From the NCBI RefSeq assembly GCF_006345805.1, contig NW_021825473.1, positions 1-15,469 on the forward strand: a stretch of DNA of 15,469 bases, read 5' to 3'. Source of the DNA: Octopus sinensis (lineage: Eukaryota). Below, piece by piece: positions 1-9,159 of the stretch (the stretch's first letter is position 1; every line of letters begins with the position of its first letter). A program made the position numbers and the translations under genes. The notes beneath the pieces were generated by a model, which did not search any database, had not been told where the DNA came from, and saw only the letters and a list, made by a program, of their open reading frames with translations.

Positions 1-54
1 GGGTTGAGGACATAAAAAAAATGTAGACGAAATGAGAAACGAAAACATTAAAAA

Positions 55-168
55 CAAAAACATAGAAACAAACTTTTTTCGGACAATGAAAGACAAACAA
101 ACAGAGAAACATAAAAAAACAGGCAACATAAAAAAAAAACATTCCCTTCATCAGTTGTCCCCTGTTTT
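55..168 (-). ncRNA. Possible decayed type I hammerhead ribozyme
   Basis: Minus strand: CTGATGA at 154-148 and GAAA at 80-77. Stem II ends GGGAATG/CATT(G)TCC. Stem I GGGGACAA (162-155) pairs with TTGTTTCT (71-64). The stem III/NUH region (AAAGT) is defective. Confidence 0.35.
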
Positions 169-217
169 ATCTACTCCGCTTTTCGAAATAAACACACACA
201 CACACACACACAGACAC

Positions 218-273
218 CCACTGCGTGGCACCTTGGCCAAGTGCCTTCTACCAAAGCCTTCTGAGTGGATTTG
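218..273 (+). mobile_element. Fragment of SINE family A (post-B-box region)
   Basis: CCCACTGCGTGGCACCTTGGCCAAGTG...CCAAAGCCTTCTGAGTGGATTTG matches 1202-1275 with an internal deletion. Confidence 0.75.
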
Positions 274-426
274 AGACCCATGGGATTGACCTTTGATATT
301 TCCTATCCAAAACGGTTTTTCAGCCCAGTATTTTATATTGTGTTAGTCATAGCTCTATGTAATACGCTTCAAGGTCCAATATTTCAAAAAGAATTATTTC
401 AATAGTTTATAGAATTCTCATGGCAT

Positions 427-469
427 CTATCTATCTGTCTGCCTGACTGCCTGTCACTCTGTCTTTCTT

Positions 470-511
<42 letters not shown>

Positions 512-743
512 AGTCTGTCTGTCTGTCTGCTTGTCTCTCTGTCTATCTATCTATCTATCTATCCATCTATCTATCTTTCTATCTATCTGTTTGTCTGTCT
601 ATATCTCTTTCTATCTATCTTTCTGTTTATCTATCTATCTATCTTTGTCTGTCTGTCTTTCTATCTGTTTATCTATCTATCCATCCATCCGCCCATCCAC
701 CCATCTATCCATCCATCTATCCATCCATCCAGGCATCCATCCG
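427..743. repeat. Compound (TATC)n/(TGTC)n/(TCCA)n microsatellite
   Basis: Directly visible tetranucleotide arrays; explains ORF 531-746. Confidence 0.97.
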
Positions 744-1144
744 TAATATCATATAATGTAGATAGGGTTAAAATCCATGCTCTGTCCCCTTCAAGCACAT
801 CTGTTTATTCCAGTAAACCCTAAAAAATATATAGATGTTACATTTGTGTGAGGTATGCATAAGAATTGAAAATACAGGGGAATAATACTTCCTGTCTGAT
901 AATAATATCAAAACAGGAGATTGGAAAATTTTCAAATCTATTTTAATATCTATATTTGATTATTTATTCATCATTTTTCATTCAGTTATAAGGTTCTTAC
1001 CAAACCTCTTCATATCAATATTATGGACTTACCATTGTGCTTTTTCCTGGAGTTTGCTTGTTTACATCGCAGCTATTAAGACCTCTTAATGTGGCCTTTA
1101 CTGATCCCCTGTAATTTATAGTCCTTCATGCATGTTTTTATCCC

Positions 1145-1549
1145 AGGAGTGGCTGTGTGGTAAGTAGCTCACTTACCAACCACATGGTTCTGGGTTCAGT
1201 TCCACTGCATGGCACCATGGGTAAATGTCTTCTACTATAGCCTCGAGCTGACCAAAGCCTTGTGAGTGGATTTGGTAGACAGAAACTGAAAGAAGCCTGT
1301 CATATATATGTATGTATATATGTGTGTATGTGTGTTTGTGTGCGTGTGTTTGTCCTCCCAACATTGCTTGACATCCGATGCTGGTGTGGTTACATTCCCA
1401 TAACTTAGCAGTTCGGCAAAAAGAAACTGATAGAATAAGTACTCAGGCTTACAAAGAGTAAGTCCTGGGGTTGATTTGCTCGACTAAAAGAAGGGTGGTG
1501 CTACAGCATGGCCACAGAAAAATGACTGTAACAAATAAAAGAATAAAAG
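1145..1549 (+). mobile_element. Full-length tRNA-derived SINE (family A)
   Basis: A-box-like TGGCTGTGTGG (1150-1160), B-box-like GGTTCAGTTCC (1193-1203), internal (TA/TG)n and tail AAATAAAAGAATAAAAG. Homologous to the inverted copy at 7807-8190. Confidence 0.9.
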
Positions 1550-1739
1550 GTATATGTCATAACCTGACCCCTAAAGCTGTTATTTGCTTGTCCGTCTTGT
1601 GATACCATCATACTTATGTATATACATATGTACCTTTATAAAAGGTACTTGTCTGAATTACCAAGAGTGGATATCGTTACTTAGCTGGGTTGCATTGTCT
1701 ACACACTTAACAGGAATATTGCGTACAAATACCTCTACA

Positions 1740-2165
1740 TGGAAAAATCTTTATTCCAAAGTACTGTTGCTGAATATCGCTTGTTGTGAGATTTAAAGAT
1801 AGTAATTTTCTAATTCAGAGATCAGTGACTGGTTGTCACTTTGAAAACTATATATTTCGAACGGGAATTTGGCAGCACCACCTCTAGCTGGACAATTATG
1901 CTGTGCTGAGGAAGGGAAATAACCCAGAAATTGTGATATGCAGATATTGTTTTCAGCTGAATGGAGGTGCTAGATTCCCTTGTTTGAAAATATAAGGACA
2001 CAGATTGTGTTTTATAGCCAGCTGGAGACGATGTCTCCTGGGGCTAAATTACAGTAAAATTCGTCCTAAACCAGGATTGCCATGCTATGTTGGTAAACAA
2101 TCTTTACTCCAAAGTACTGTTGCTGAATATCTCACGTTGTGAGATTTAAAAATAGTGATTTTCTA
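1740..2165 (+). mobile_element. Non-coding hammerhead-containing retroelement (retrozyme-like or Penelope pLTR-derived)
   Basis: Flanked by ACCTCTACA at 1731-1739 and 2166-2174. 68-bp direct repeats at 1746-1813 and 2099-2166 (62/68 identical, period 353). Internal hammerhead at 1901-1943. Second partial copy at 11031-11143. Confidence 0.7.
1901..1943 (+). ncRNA. Minimal type I hammerhead ribozyme, partly decayed
   Basis: Stem I CTGTG (1901-1905)/TGCAG (1939-1943). Core CTGAGGA (1906-1912). Stem II GGG/CCC with AAATAA loop and an A-A pair at its base. GAAA (1927-1930). Stem III AT-TGTG-AT. Triplet AUA, predicted cut after 1938. Confidence 0.7.
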
Positions 2166-2384
2166 ACCTCTACACAGTCTTGATATTCAATATTGAAATA
2201 ATATTGTTGGTGTGTGGAGATTATACTGAACTGGCAAGGTGCCTCAATTTAAGTACCTAACTCAACTGACTGTTAATTATATTTTAAATACATACATACA
2301 TACATACACACACACAGAGATATGTATATATATGTATATCATCATTTTCATTTAACATTCTATTCTGTAACAGCATTCAGTTAC

Positions 2385-2480
2385 GAGATCATCGGCATTG
2401 TCATCATCATTATCATTATCATCATCATCATCATTGTCACATCATCATCGTCATCATTACTATCATTATTGTTGTTGTCA
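2385..2480. repeat. (CAT/TAT)n trinucleotide tract, tail of the adjacent minus-strand SINE
   Basis: Visible repeats; explains ORF 2322-2618. Confidence 0.9.
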
Positions 2481-2778
2481 TCATTTTATCATATGCTTTT
2501 CATTGTTTGCCTGGGTTTAGATGGAATTTTGTTAAGGCTGAGTTTCTCAAAGCTAGATAATTCCCTTCGTGTTGCCAACCCACCACAACAGCTACACCTG
2601 TTTCCAAGTAAAGGGTAAAATAAAAGTGATGCTTCCAAGTTAAGTAATCATATTTCTTCAAGGCCTGACATGTTTTCATGGAAGATAGGAAAGGAAGAAC
2701 ATTTCTTGTATAACAAGTGACATTCGTTTACAACCATCAGGTGATACTGAGGCAAGGAGGAGTCAGTAACACATACAT

Positions 2779-2809
<31 letters not shown>

Positions 2810-2885
2810 TGATGGAACTATTGCCTACCTAATTCACTCACAAGGCTTTGATTGGCTTGAGATAAATGAGGCAAGTGGTGTGCTA
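2478..2885 (-). mobile_element. Old SINE with family-A-like head and RTE-type 3' tail (family C)
   Basis: TTCACTCACAAGGCTTTG head homology near 2833-2850. Middle segment 2705-2757 is the reverse complement of ~11175-11225. 3' part resembles 11285-11360. Confidence 0.65.
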
Positions 2886-2914
2886 AAAAGTTCCTTGCTT
2901 AAAGGGTATCATGA

Positions 2915-3009
2915 AAGGCCTGGCTGGAAGTTCAACCTTCCGAGTTCTTTTGCAAGGCTTAAAACACCTGAAGGATCACTGCAATAAGTTTGTGAATCTA
3001 AAATGGGAA
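2915..3009 (+). pseudogene. Mariner-like transposase C-terminal remnant
   Basis: Translates with one frameshift as KAWLEVQPSEFFC/GLKHLKDHCNKFVNLKWE, resembling the mariner C-terminus W-x3-Q-x2-FF-x2-GI-x2-L-x2-RW-x-KC. Confidence 0.55.
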
Positions 3010-3010
3010 T

Positions 3011-3298
3011 CACCATCATCATCATCGTTGTTGTTTAATGTCCGCTTTCCATGCTGGCATGGGTTGGACGCTTTGACTGGGGACTGGTGAGCCAGAAGGT
3101 TGCACCAGGCTCAGTCTGATCTGGCATGGTTTTCTATTGCTTGATGCTCTTCCTAATGCCAATCACACCGACAGAGCTTTTTATGAGCCATCAGCATGAG
3201 GGCCAGTCAGGCGGTTCTGGCAACGACCAAACTCAAAAGCTGTTTTTTACATGTCACCTGCATGGGAGCCAGTCTGGCGGCACTAGCAACAAAATCAT
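3011..3298 (-). mobile_element. Non-autonomous element with RTE-type 3' end and (GAT)n tail
   Basis: Minus strand ends CCAACCCATGCCAGCATGGAAAGCGGACATTAAA...GATGATGATG. Same tail family as 12577-12616 and 4757-5170. Confidence 0.75.
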
Positions 3299-3353
3299 AA
3301 TTAACTGATCCTCCTTTTACCCTAAGCCAGGAACTTTTCAGCAAACCCTCGTA

Positions 3354-3389
<36 letters not shown>

Positions 3390-3399
3390 TATATATATA

Positions 3400-3673
3400 T
3401 ACTGTGGTGCCTGGGAAGAGTCATTTTCTTTTTGTGCCTTATAATGTAACACACTCACCGGTAAAATTTCCACTTATTTCTTATTTTTATTTTCCTAAAA
3501 TTTTCGTTGCGTCTTGCAACTGTTTCAATAGTCTTGACTCTTAGTCAAGACTATTAAAAAGGTTGCAACAAAAATTTTAGGAAAATAAAAATAAGAAATA
3601 AGTGGAAATATTACTGGTGAGTGTGTTAAATTATAAAGCACGTAAAAAAAATGTCTCCCCAGGCACCACAGTA
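3400..3673. mobile_element. Foldback MITE, TA-flanked (Tc1/mariner-like)
   Basis: TA-CTGTGGTGCCTGGG...CCCAGGCACCACAG-TA. The arms are near-complementary along their whole length to a central AATAGTCTTGACT-CTT-AGTCAAGACTATT. Confidence 0.9.
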
Positions 3674-3728
3674 TGTGCTTCAACACATGAACTCATATAA
3701 AGAATCTTGCAAACTAAATCTAAAAACG

Positions 3729-3902
3729 ATATATATATATATGCATGACTGGTTTCTTTCCATTTCTGCCGGCCAAATCCACTCACAGGACTTTCAATGG
3801 CTCAGAGTTATAGTAAAAGATACTTGTCCAAGGTTCCATGCACTGGGCTTGAACCCAGAACCACGTGGTTGGGAAAGAAATTTCTTCTTATACAGCCATG
3901 CT
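3729..3902 (-). mobile_element. SINE family A 5' half
   Basis: CCAAATCCACTCACAGG...CTTGTCCAAGGTTCCATGCACTGGGCTTGAACCCAGAACCACGTGGTTGG is the reverse complement of 1150-1300. Confidence 0.85.
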
Positions 3903-4034
3903 TGTTGTAGCATTAGAAGTAATTGTAGCTGCATGTTTATATGAATTAAACGGATTGAAAGAAAAGACCTTAAATTTTCCACATTAAAAGATAGGAAATA
4001 TTTACCTAATGTTGCGCGTGTGTGTGTGTGTGCT

Positions 4035-4210
4035 GGAATAGCTCCATGGTTAAGAAATTCTCCTTGCAATCAGCAAGTTTCATGCTTGATTTCACAACTT
4101 CGTACCTTGGCAAGGCAGGTGTCCTCCGCCGTAGCCTTGTGTCAACCAAATAACCTTCTCAGTTACATTTGGATGAGGGAAACTGTGCTGAAGCTTCTCA
4201 GTTGTATATA
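4035..4210 (+). mobile_element. Highly diverged SINE A/C head
   Basis: ACCTTGGCAAGGCAGGTGTCCTCCGCCGTAGCCTTGTGTCAACCAAA...GGAAACTGTGCTGAAGC resembles 1215-1300. Confidence 0.55.
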
Positions 4211-4298
4211 GGCATTATATCGACATGAGATAAGCTGAACTTTAGGTGCATTGAACAAAAATGAGTTTGCCATGTTTAGTTTTGTCTCGATAGTGTTT

Positions 4299-4299
<1 letters not shown>

Positions 4300-4331
<32 letters not shown>
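4300..4331. repeat. (CT)n microsatellite
   Basis: Directly visible. Confidence 0.97.
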
Positions 4332-4334
<3 letters not shown>

Positions 4335-4415
4335 CAATATCAAATTGTCTTTTGTTCTTTGTAAAATCAATGAAGCAAAATCAATCAAAACTAATGTGTT
4401 TGATACATTATTAGT

Positions 4416-4653
4416 GTAACCCTTTTGATACTCTATTTCTGTTGAAATACATTGAGTTTGTTTTTCAGCTATTTTTGAAAATTACGAGGAATTTAGTAAA
4501 ACCACCTTGTCATTATTTTCGCTGCTGTTTGCGATATAAATTAACATGAAATTTTGACAGAACGTTTTTGATTTAAATCATTTTAAGAACAGAAAGTTCT
4601 CATACCATAGAGCCAGGGGCATGTCTTGAGTGGGTTGGTACCAAAATGGTTAA
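4416..4653. mobile_element. piggyBac-like MITE
   Basis: Ends GTAACCCTTTTGATAC and GTACCAAAATGGTTAA are inverted at 13/16; TTAA-CC termini. Confidence 0.7.
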
Positions 4654-4756
4654 AACGATCAAGGTGGTGCCTCGACATGGCTAGAATCCAATGTCTATAG
4701 CTAGCATGTGTGTGTATGTGTGTATCGGAACTGGGTTACAAAACCAAAACACAAAC

Positions 4757-5170
4757 GTTATCTCTATCCTTCTCTTGATCAACATTATTTAATCTTTATC
4801 TTGGATGGCTTGGCAGATTCGATGGGTCCAAGGACTGCATTGTGAACCAGTATCTGCTTTGGCATGTTTTCTTATTTCTTTACTACACACAAGGGGCTAA
4901 ACACAGAAGGGACAAACAAGGACAGACAAAGAGATTAAATCGATTATATCGACTCCACTGTGTAACTGGTACTTACTACAAAAGGATGAAAGGCAAAGTC
5001 GACCTCGGCGGAATTTGAACTCAGAACATAACAGTAGATGAAATACCGCTAAGCATTTCACCCGGCATGCTAACGTTTCTGCCAGCTCACCGCCATAGCA
5101 TGGTTTCTTTGGCTGGATACCCTTTCTAATGCCAGTCACTTTACAGAGTGTTTTGAGTGCATTGTTTTGA
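4757..5170 (-). mobile_element. Old RTE-tailed element split by a SINE B insertion
   Basis: CCAGTATCTGCTTTGGCATG (left) and GCATGGTTTCTTTGGCTGGATACCCTTTCTAATGCCA (right) are contiguous in the intact relative at ~3110-3160. Confidence 0.65.
4869..5094 (-). mobile_element. Young SINE family B
   Basis: Minus strand starts GGCGGTGAGCTGGCAGAAACGTTAGCATGCCGGG, has B-box-like GAGTTCAAATTCC and tail AAAGAAATAAGAA. Homologous to 13574-13767, 11431-11635 and 12005-12205. Confidence 0.9.
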
Positions 5171-5375
5171 GGCTGTTATGTAGGTACAGGTCTGCAGTTC
5201 CAGATACTACTCATTTGCCAAGGGCTAGGTGTTGTTTATGATTATTGCAGCTAACACCTTCCATTAACTTATTTGAACTTCATCTTCCTGATCATCAGAT
5301 CCAATACCTCATATCCAATCTAATGACTGGCATTCTTAAATTCTGATAACTGTGAGCTGCCAACACACATATATA

Positions 5376-5531
5376 CAGGGGTGGACTGAGAGTATTAAGG
5401 GCCCTTGGGCATAACTGTTAACCGGGCCCATTAGCATTGATATCAATAGAGTTAACATGTAGAATGCAGGCCCCTCAGAGCTCTGGGCTGCTGGGCAGTG
5501 TCCAAAAAACCAACTGCTCACTCCACCCCTG
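5376..5531. mobile_element. 156-bp hAT-type MITE
   Basis: TIR CAGGGGTGGACTGAG/CTCACTCCACCCCTG (14/15). Perfect 8-bp TSD CATATATA at 5368-5375 and 5532-5539. Confidence 0.92.
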
Positions 5532-6199
5532 CATATATATATCATCTTTTTCATAATCCCTAATTATCACCATCCTTATCCATTTTCCCATGCATCCATC
5601 AGTTGTATGGGCACCTTCTTCAGTACTTTGCCCTTACTGCAATCTTCTGTCATCTTTCTAAATTTCAACCGTCTGAGATTAGCTTTCATACTGGCTTCCC
5701 ATTATCTTCTTCACTCTTCCTCTTTTGCTTGTTCTCTCTACTTGGGCCACTTAGGTCACCTGGCACTTCTTTACCCATCCATCATCCTTCTTATTCCTCT
5801 CATGCCCTTAACATTTTAGTCAGGCCCCACTTTTACAGCACATCTGATATCTCCCATATTCAGTTTTACCTCTTAATTCATTTATACTCCTTTGTCTGTA
5901 CACATACAGGGTACAAACCCAGTGAGGAGGCATGCCTACCTCCTTCGTTTCCAATCCTCACACAACCCTCCTCCACATTCAGAGCCCATCTTTTACTTCC
6001 ATGCAGCATCCCACTTCAAGCACAAACATCAAATTATCTGGCCATCACTCAAAGAGAGAATCCTTTTTTATCTAACTGAAGTGATTAAGTTGTTTGAGCC
6101 ATTCCCTCCCACTCTGGCTTCTATGCTTTTTGAAACACCTCCCTCCATTGCTAATTAGGTCACCCATGTAAGAAAAGCAATCAACTAATTCTAGGAAAT

Positions 6200-6424
6200 T
6201 TGATCCTTTAAGCATTCAGATTACTCTATCACATGTGATTCTTAATTATTCCTAGTGTTTTGAATAATCTTGCATTGTCTTGTAACTTTGAGATTTCAGT
6301 GATGTAATTGTTTATTTTTAGAATGACATTGAAGGGTAGGTGTGAGAGGCCAGAACTGGCCAGTTTGACCATAAAGCAGAATATTTGGGCTGGATGTGGT
6401 CAGATTAAATGCTGAAGAGTTCAA
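6200..6424. mobile_element. piggyBac-like MITE inserted in the RTE
   Basis: Ends TTGATCCTTTAAGCATT and AATGCTGAAGAGTTCAA are inverted at 13/17. RTE coding similarity resumes on both sides. Confidence 0.75.
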
Positions 6425-7806
6425 AGAATATTTCATGAATGATCTTGCTGCTACTGCTTGTAAAACAGTTCTTCTTTGCCTGTGATTCCACTACAACTCT
6501 TGTTTTACTTGAATACACTGTGGAATTCCTACCAACTTTTTTTCTGCTTATCAAGCTCGGCCATATTTCTTAGTTGCTCTTATGTCCTGTTTGCTAAGTT
6601 GACTTTCGGACCCTTAATTCAAAACTCTGCTTTCACTTTTGGGAATTCTTCATCAAACCTTCAATAGATTCAGCTATGAGAGCTAAGTCATCTAAATATT
6701 TTTCCTCATAAAATGCCAGTCAGCAAAAAAAAAAAAGTTAAAAAATCCCTCTTAGGGTTGAAGTACTGAAATAAAACAAAAAGAGGCTTGGATGAGAATT
6801 GAACCCTGACTGACTCCTATTTGCTAAATACTTCATTGAACTCATTCAATGTCACCTTTTTGGCAATATCTCTCTCTACACATGGCATGCACCACTCTCA
6901 CAGTATAGTCATCTACCCCTAAGTATCATAGTGATACACTTAGTTTCGTTAGTAACCACCAGGTAACGCCACCTGTTACACTGTCAAAAAGCTTTCCCCA
7001 GATTAACCCAAGTTAGCTAAAATAACTGGTTCTGAATTATGAACATTCGTAATTTCTTCAGTTGAAAGATGACACCGGTGATACCTTATCCTGGCACTAA
7101 CTCAAATTCCTTCTCATTTCTGCTAATTTCTTCCTTGATTCTTTGAGCTGCAAACTTTTTCTCTCACTCTCAGAACTTGCTGCATCAGTTTGATGTTTCT
7201 GTAGTTATCTCTGTCAAAGGTCATTTCCATTACACCATAGAGTAGTTTATAATGCTGCTGCTGCTACTGGTCATTGTGACTGACCCCTTCCACAACTATT
7301 ACCTGATTGCTTATGCAAGCCACTAATAATGCATTTCCGATTTCACATGACATTTTCCCTTCTCAGCTATTATCCCTAGTGGTCAGGTTGCTTCCCCTAA
7401 CTTTATATCCTTAATGGTCATTTTAACCATACAGCTGTCAATTTCAGTTGCTTATCCCTCTGGTGGTTCCATTTGTGACAGTCCCCTCCTGCCTCTCTCT
7501 TCCTCTTATTTTCTCCTTACTCACTAACCTCTCTCATATTTCTATGCCTCTTTCTCAATATCATTGAAGGTGAGGGCAATGCTATCAATCCATTCATCAA
7601 ACACTTTTAACACCAATGGCATCCTGATTAATAATTAATATGGACACTTTGCTTTGCCATCCTAAGCATTCTGTGTCTCTGGTTCTCAGTCTGCAAACCT
7701 TTTACTCATTGGCAAACCTCTCTTCTAACTCCCTGATGTTATTTATTTCTCCCCACTTTTCTTAAAGTTTATCCAAGCCTGTCACTTAGCTGCCATGCTT
7801 TATCTT

Positions 7807-8190
7807 CTCTTTTACTCTTTTACTTGTTTCAGTCATGTGACTGTGGCCATGCTGGAGCACCGCCTTAAGTCGAGCAAATTGACCCCAAGACTTATTCTTT
7901 GTAAGCTGAATACTTATTCTATCGGTCTCTTTTGCCGAACCGCTAAGTTACGGGGATGTAAACACAGCAGCATCGGTTGTCAAGTGATGTTCGGGGGACA
8001 AACACAGAAACACAAACATATACACACACATACATATATATACATATACATGACGGGCTTCTTTCAGTTTCCGTCTACCAAATCCACTCACAAGGCTTTG
8101 TTTGGATCGAGGCTATAGTAGAAGACACTTGCTCAAGGTGCCACACTGTGGGACTGAACCCGGAAACCATGTGGTTCATAAGCAAGCGGT
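7807..8190 (-). mobile_element. Near-full-length young SINE family A inserted in the RTE
   Basis: Reverse complement of 1165-1549 with many CpGs retained. Tail (GTAAAAGA)n and 3' hairpin CAGTCA-TG-TGACTG. Confidence 0.92.
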
Positions 8191-8243
8191 ACCCCAGCAT
8201 GGCCACAGCTTGTGAGCTGAAACTAGATAAAATAAAATAAAAA
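8188..8243 (+). mobile_element. Isolated SINE/LINE 3' tail fragment
   Basis: CCAGCATGGCCACAGCTTGTGAGCTGAAACTAGATAAAATAAAATAAAA resembles the tail at 1503-1549. Confidence 0.6.
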
Positions 8244-8401
8244 ATTACCACACAGTCACTCCTATGCCTACCATTCTATCACTATATCACTTTTTTACCA
8301 TTCTATCTCTATGTCACCTTCCATCTTGCTGGAAGCTTGCTTGGTCTGTAATTGGCAGCAGCTTGTTTCATCTCGTAGAAAATCCCAGTTGTCCTCTATG
8401 C

Positions 8402-8697
8402 CAGTGCTACTCAGAGTGGTGGTTCACGGACGGCAATGGTCTGTGAGCCATCAGCTGCCGGTACGTGGTGAGCTTCTAGAAAAGAAAGAAAGATTATGAA
8501 ATGCTTATAAAATGCTTATGTAATATTGTATTATTTGCTTACAAAATAAATATAAGATAAAAAAAAAATTGTCAGCTTTTATTATATTCATTATGTATAT
8601 TGTTTCCGGTATAAATTAATATTACTAAAAAATATTACCGGTCCATTGGAAAAAAAAAACTGCCAGTATACCGCATCAGATAGTTTGAGAAGCACTG
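8402..8697. mobile_element. hAT (Charlie-like) MITE inserted in the RTE
   Basis: TIR CAGTGCTACTCAGA/TTTGAGAAGCACTG (12/14). Flanks CTCTATGC/TTCTAAGA (5/8) resemble the NTCTAGAN target. Confidence 0.85.
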
Positions 8698-8832
8698 TTC
8701 TAAGATATACATCTCTGCTGGCTCCTCTTTGTTGACATATCTGTAACCCAAGTATTTCTTAGAGCCCATATCAATCTGAAGAATCTTACGGCTTTCATTA
8801 CCTCCAGGCTGTCTTGAGTCTCTGAATTCCTC

Positions 8833-9159
8833 TACCATATTACAAACATTGTTCCTATCTTTCCAAATCCTGCTGCATTTCACATGGAACTTTCAACCCT
8901 CCACACTTATCTTGATGTAATAAGTTGACTTAAATTTTAGGGGCTGTAAATTTGGGTTTGAAAATTTCAACTTGAATCCCAGAAAATATATCATATTTTA
9001 ATGTGTATAAAGAAACCGTTTTTGTCAAAAATTAGGTTAGAAAAGTATGGGGTTTTTTTTTTCATACATGGATATTAATATAATCCCTTACAAAACCTTT
9101 TTTCCAAATTTTAAGCCCTGCCAAATTAGGGGGTTTCTTATACATGTTGAAATATGGTA
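8833..9159. mobile_element. pogo/Tigger-like TA-flanked MITE inserted in the RTE
   Basis: TA-CCATATTACAAACAT...ATGTTGAAATATGG-TA, with internal inverted similarity TTTTAGGGGCTGTAAATTTGG vs CCAAATTTTAAGCCCTGCCAAA. Confidence 0.6.

Noticed and set aside
1145-1230. SINE heads as genuine tRNA genes
   Set aside because: Only A/B-box-like motifs; no cloverleaf, and they continue into SINE bodies.
1630-1648. Palindrome GTACCTTT-ATA-AAAGGTAC
   Set aside because: Isolated 8-bp hairpin outside the TSD-bounded element; expected by chance in AT-rich DNA.
1746-2166. 68-bp direct repeats as a CRISPR array or true retroviral LTRs
   Set aside because: Only two repeats, eukaryotic context, no TG...CA termini, primer-binding site or polypurine tract seen.
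5292-5298. CTGATGA on the minus strand as a hammerhead core
   Set aside because: No stem II-GAAA-stem III follows.
6412-6440. CTGAAGA-GTTC-AAA-GAAT as a hammerhead core
   Set aside because: No GAAA or stem I closure; it is the right TIR of a MITE.
8915-8932. Minus-strand LSQLITSR as an RTE endonuclease motif
   Set aside because: Lies inside the TA-flanked MITE (8833-9159) and out of collinear order; probably chance.
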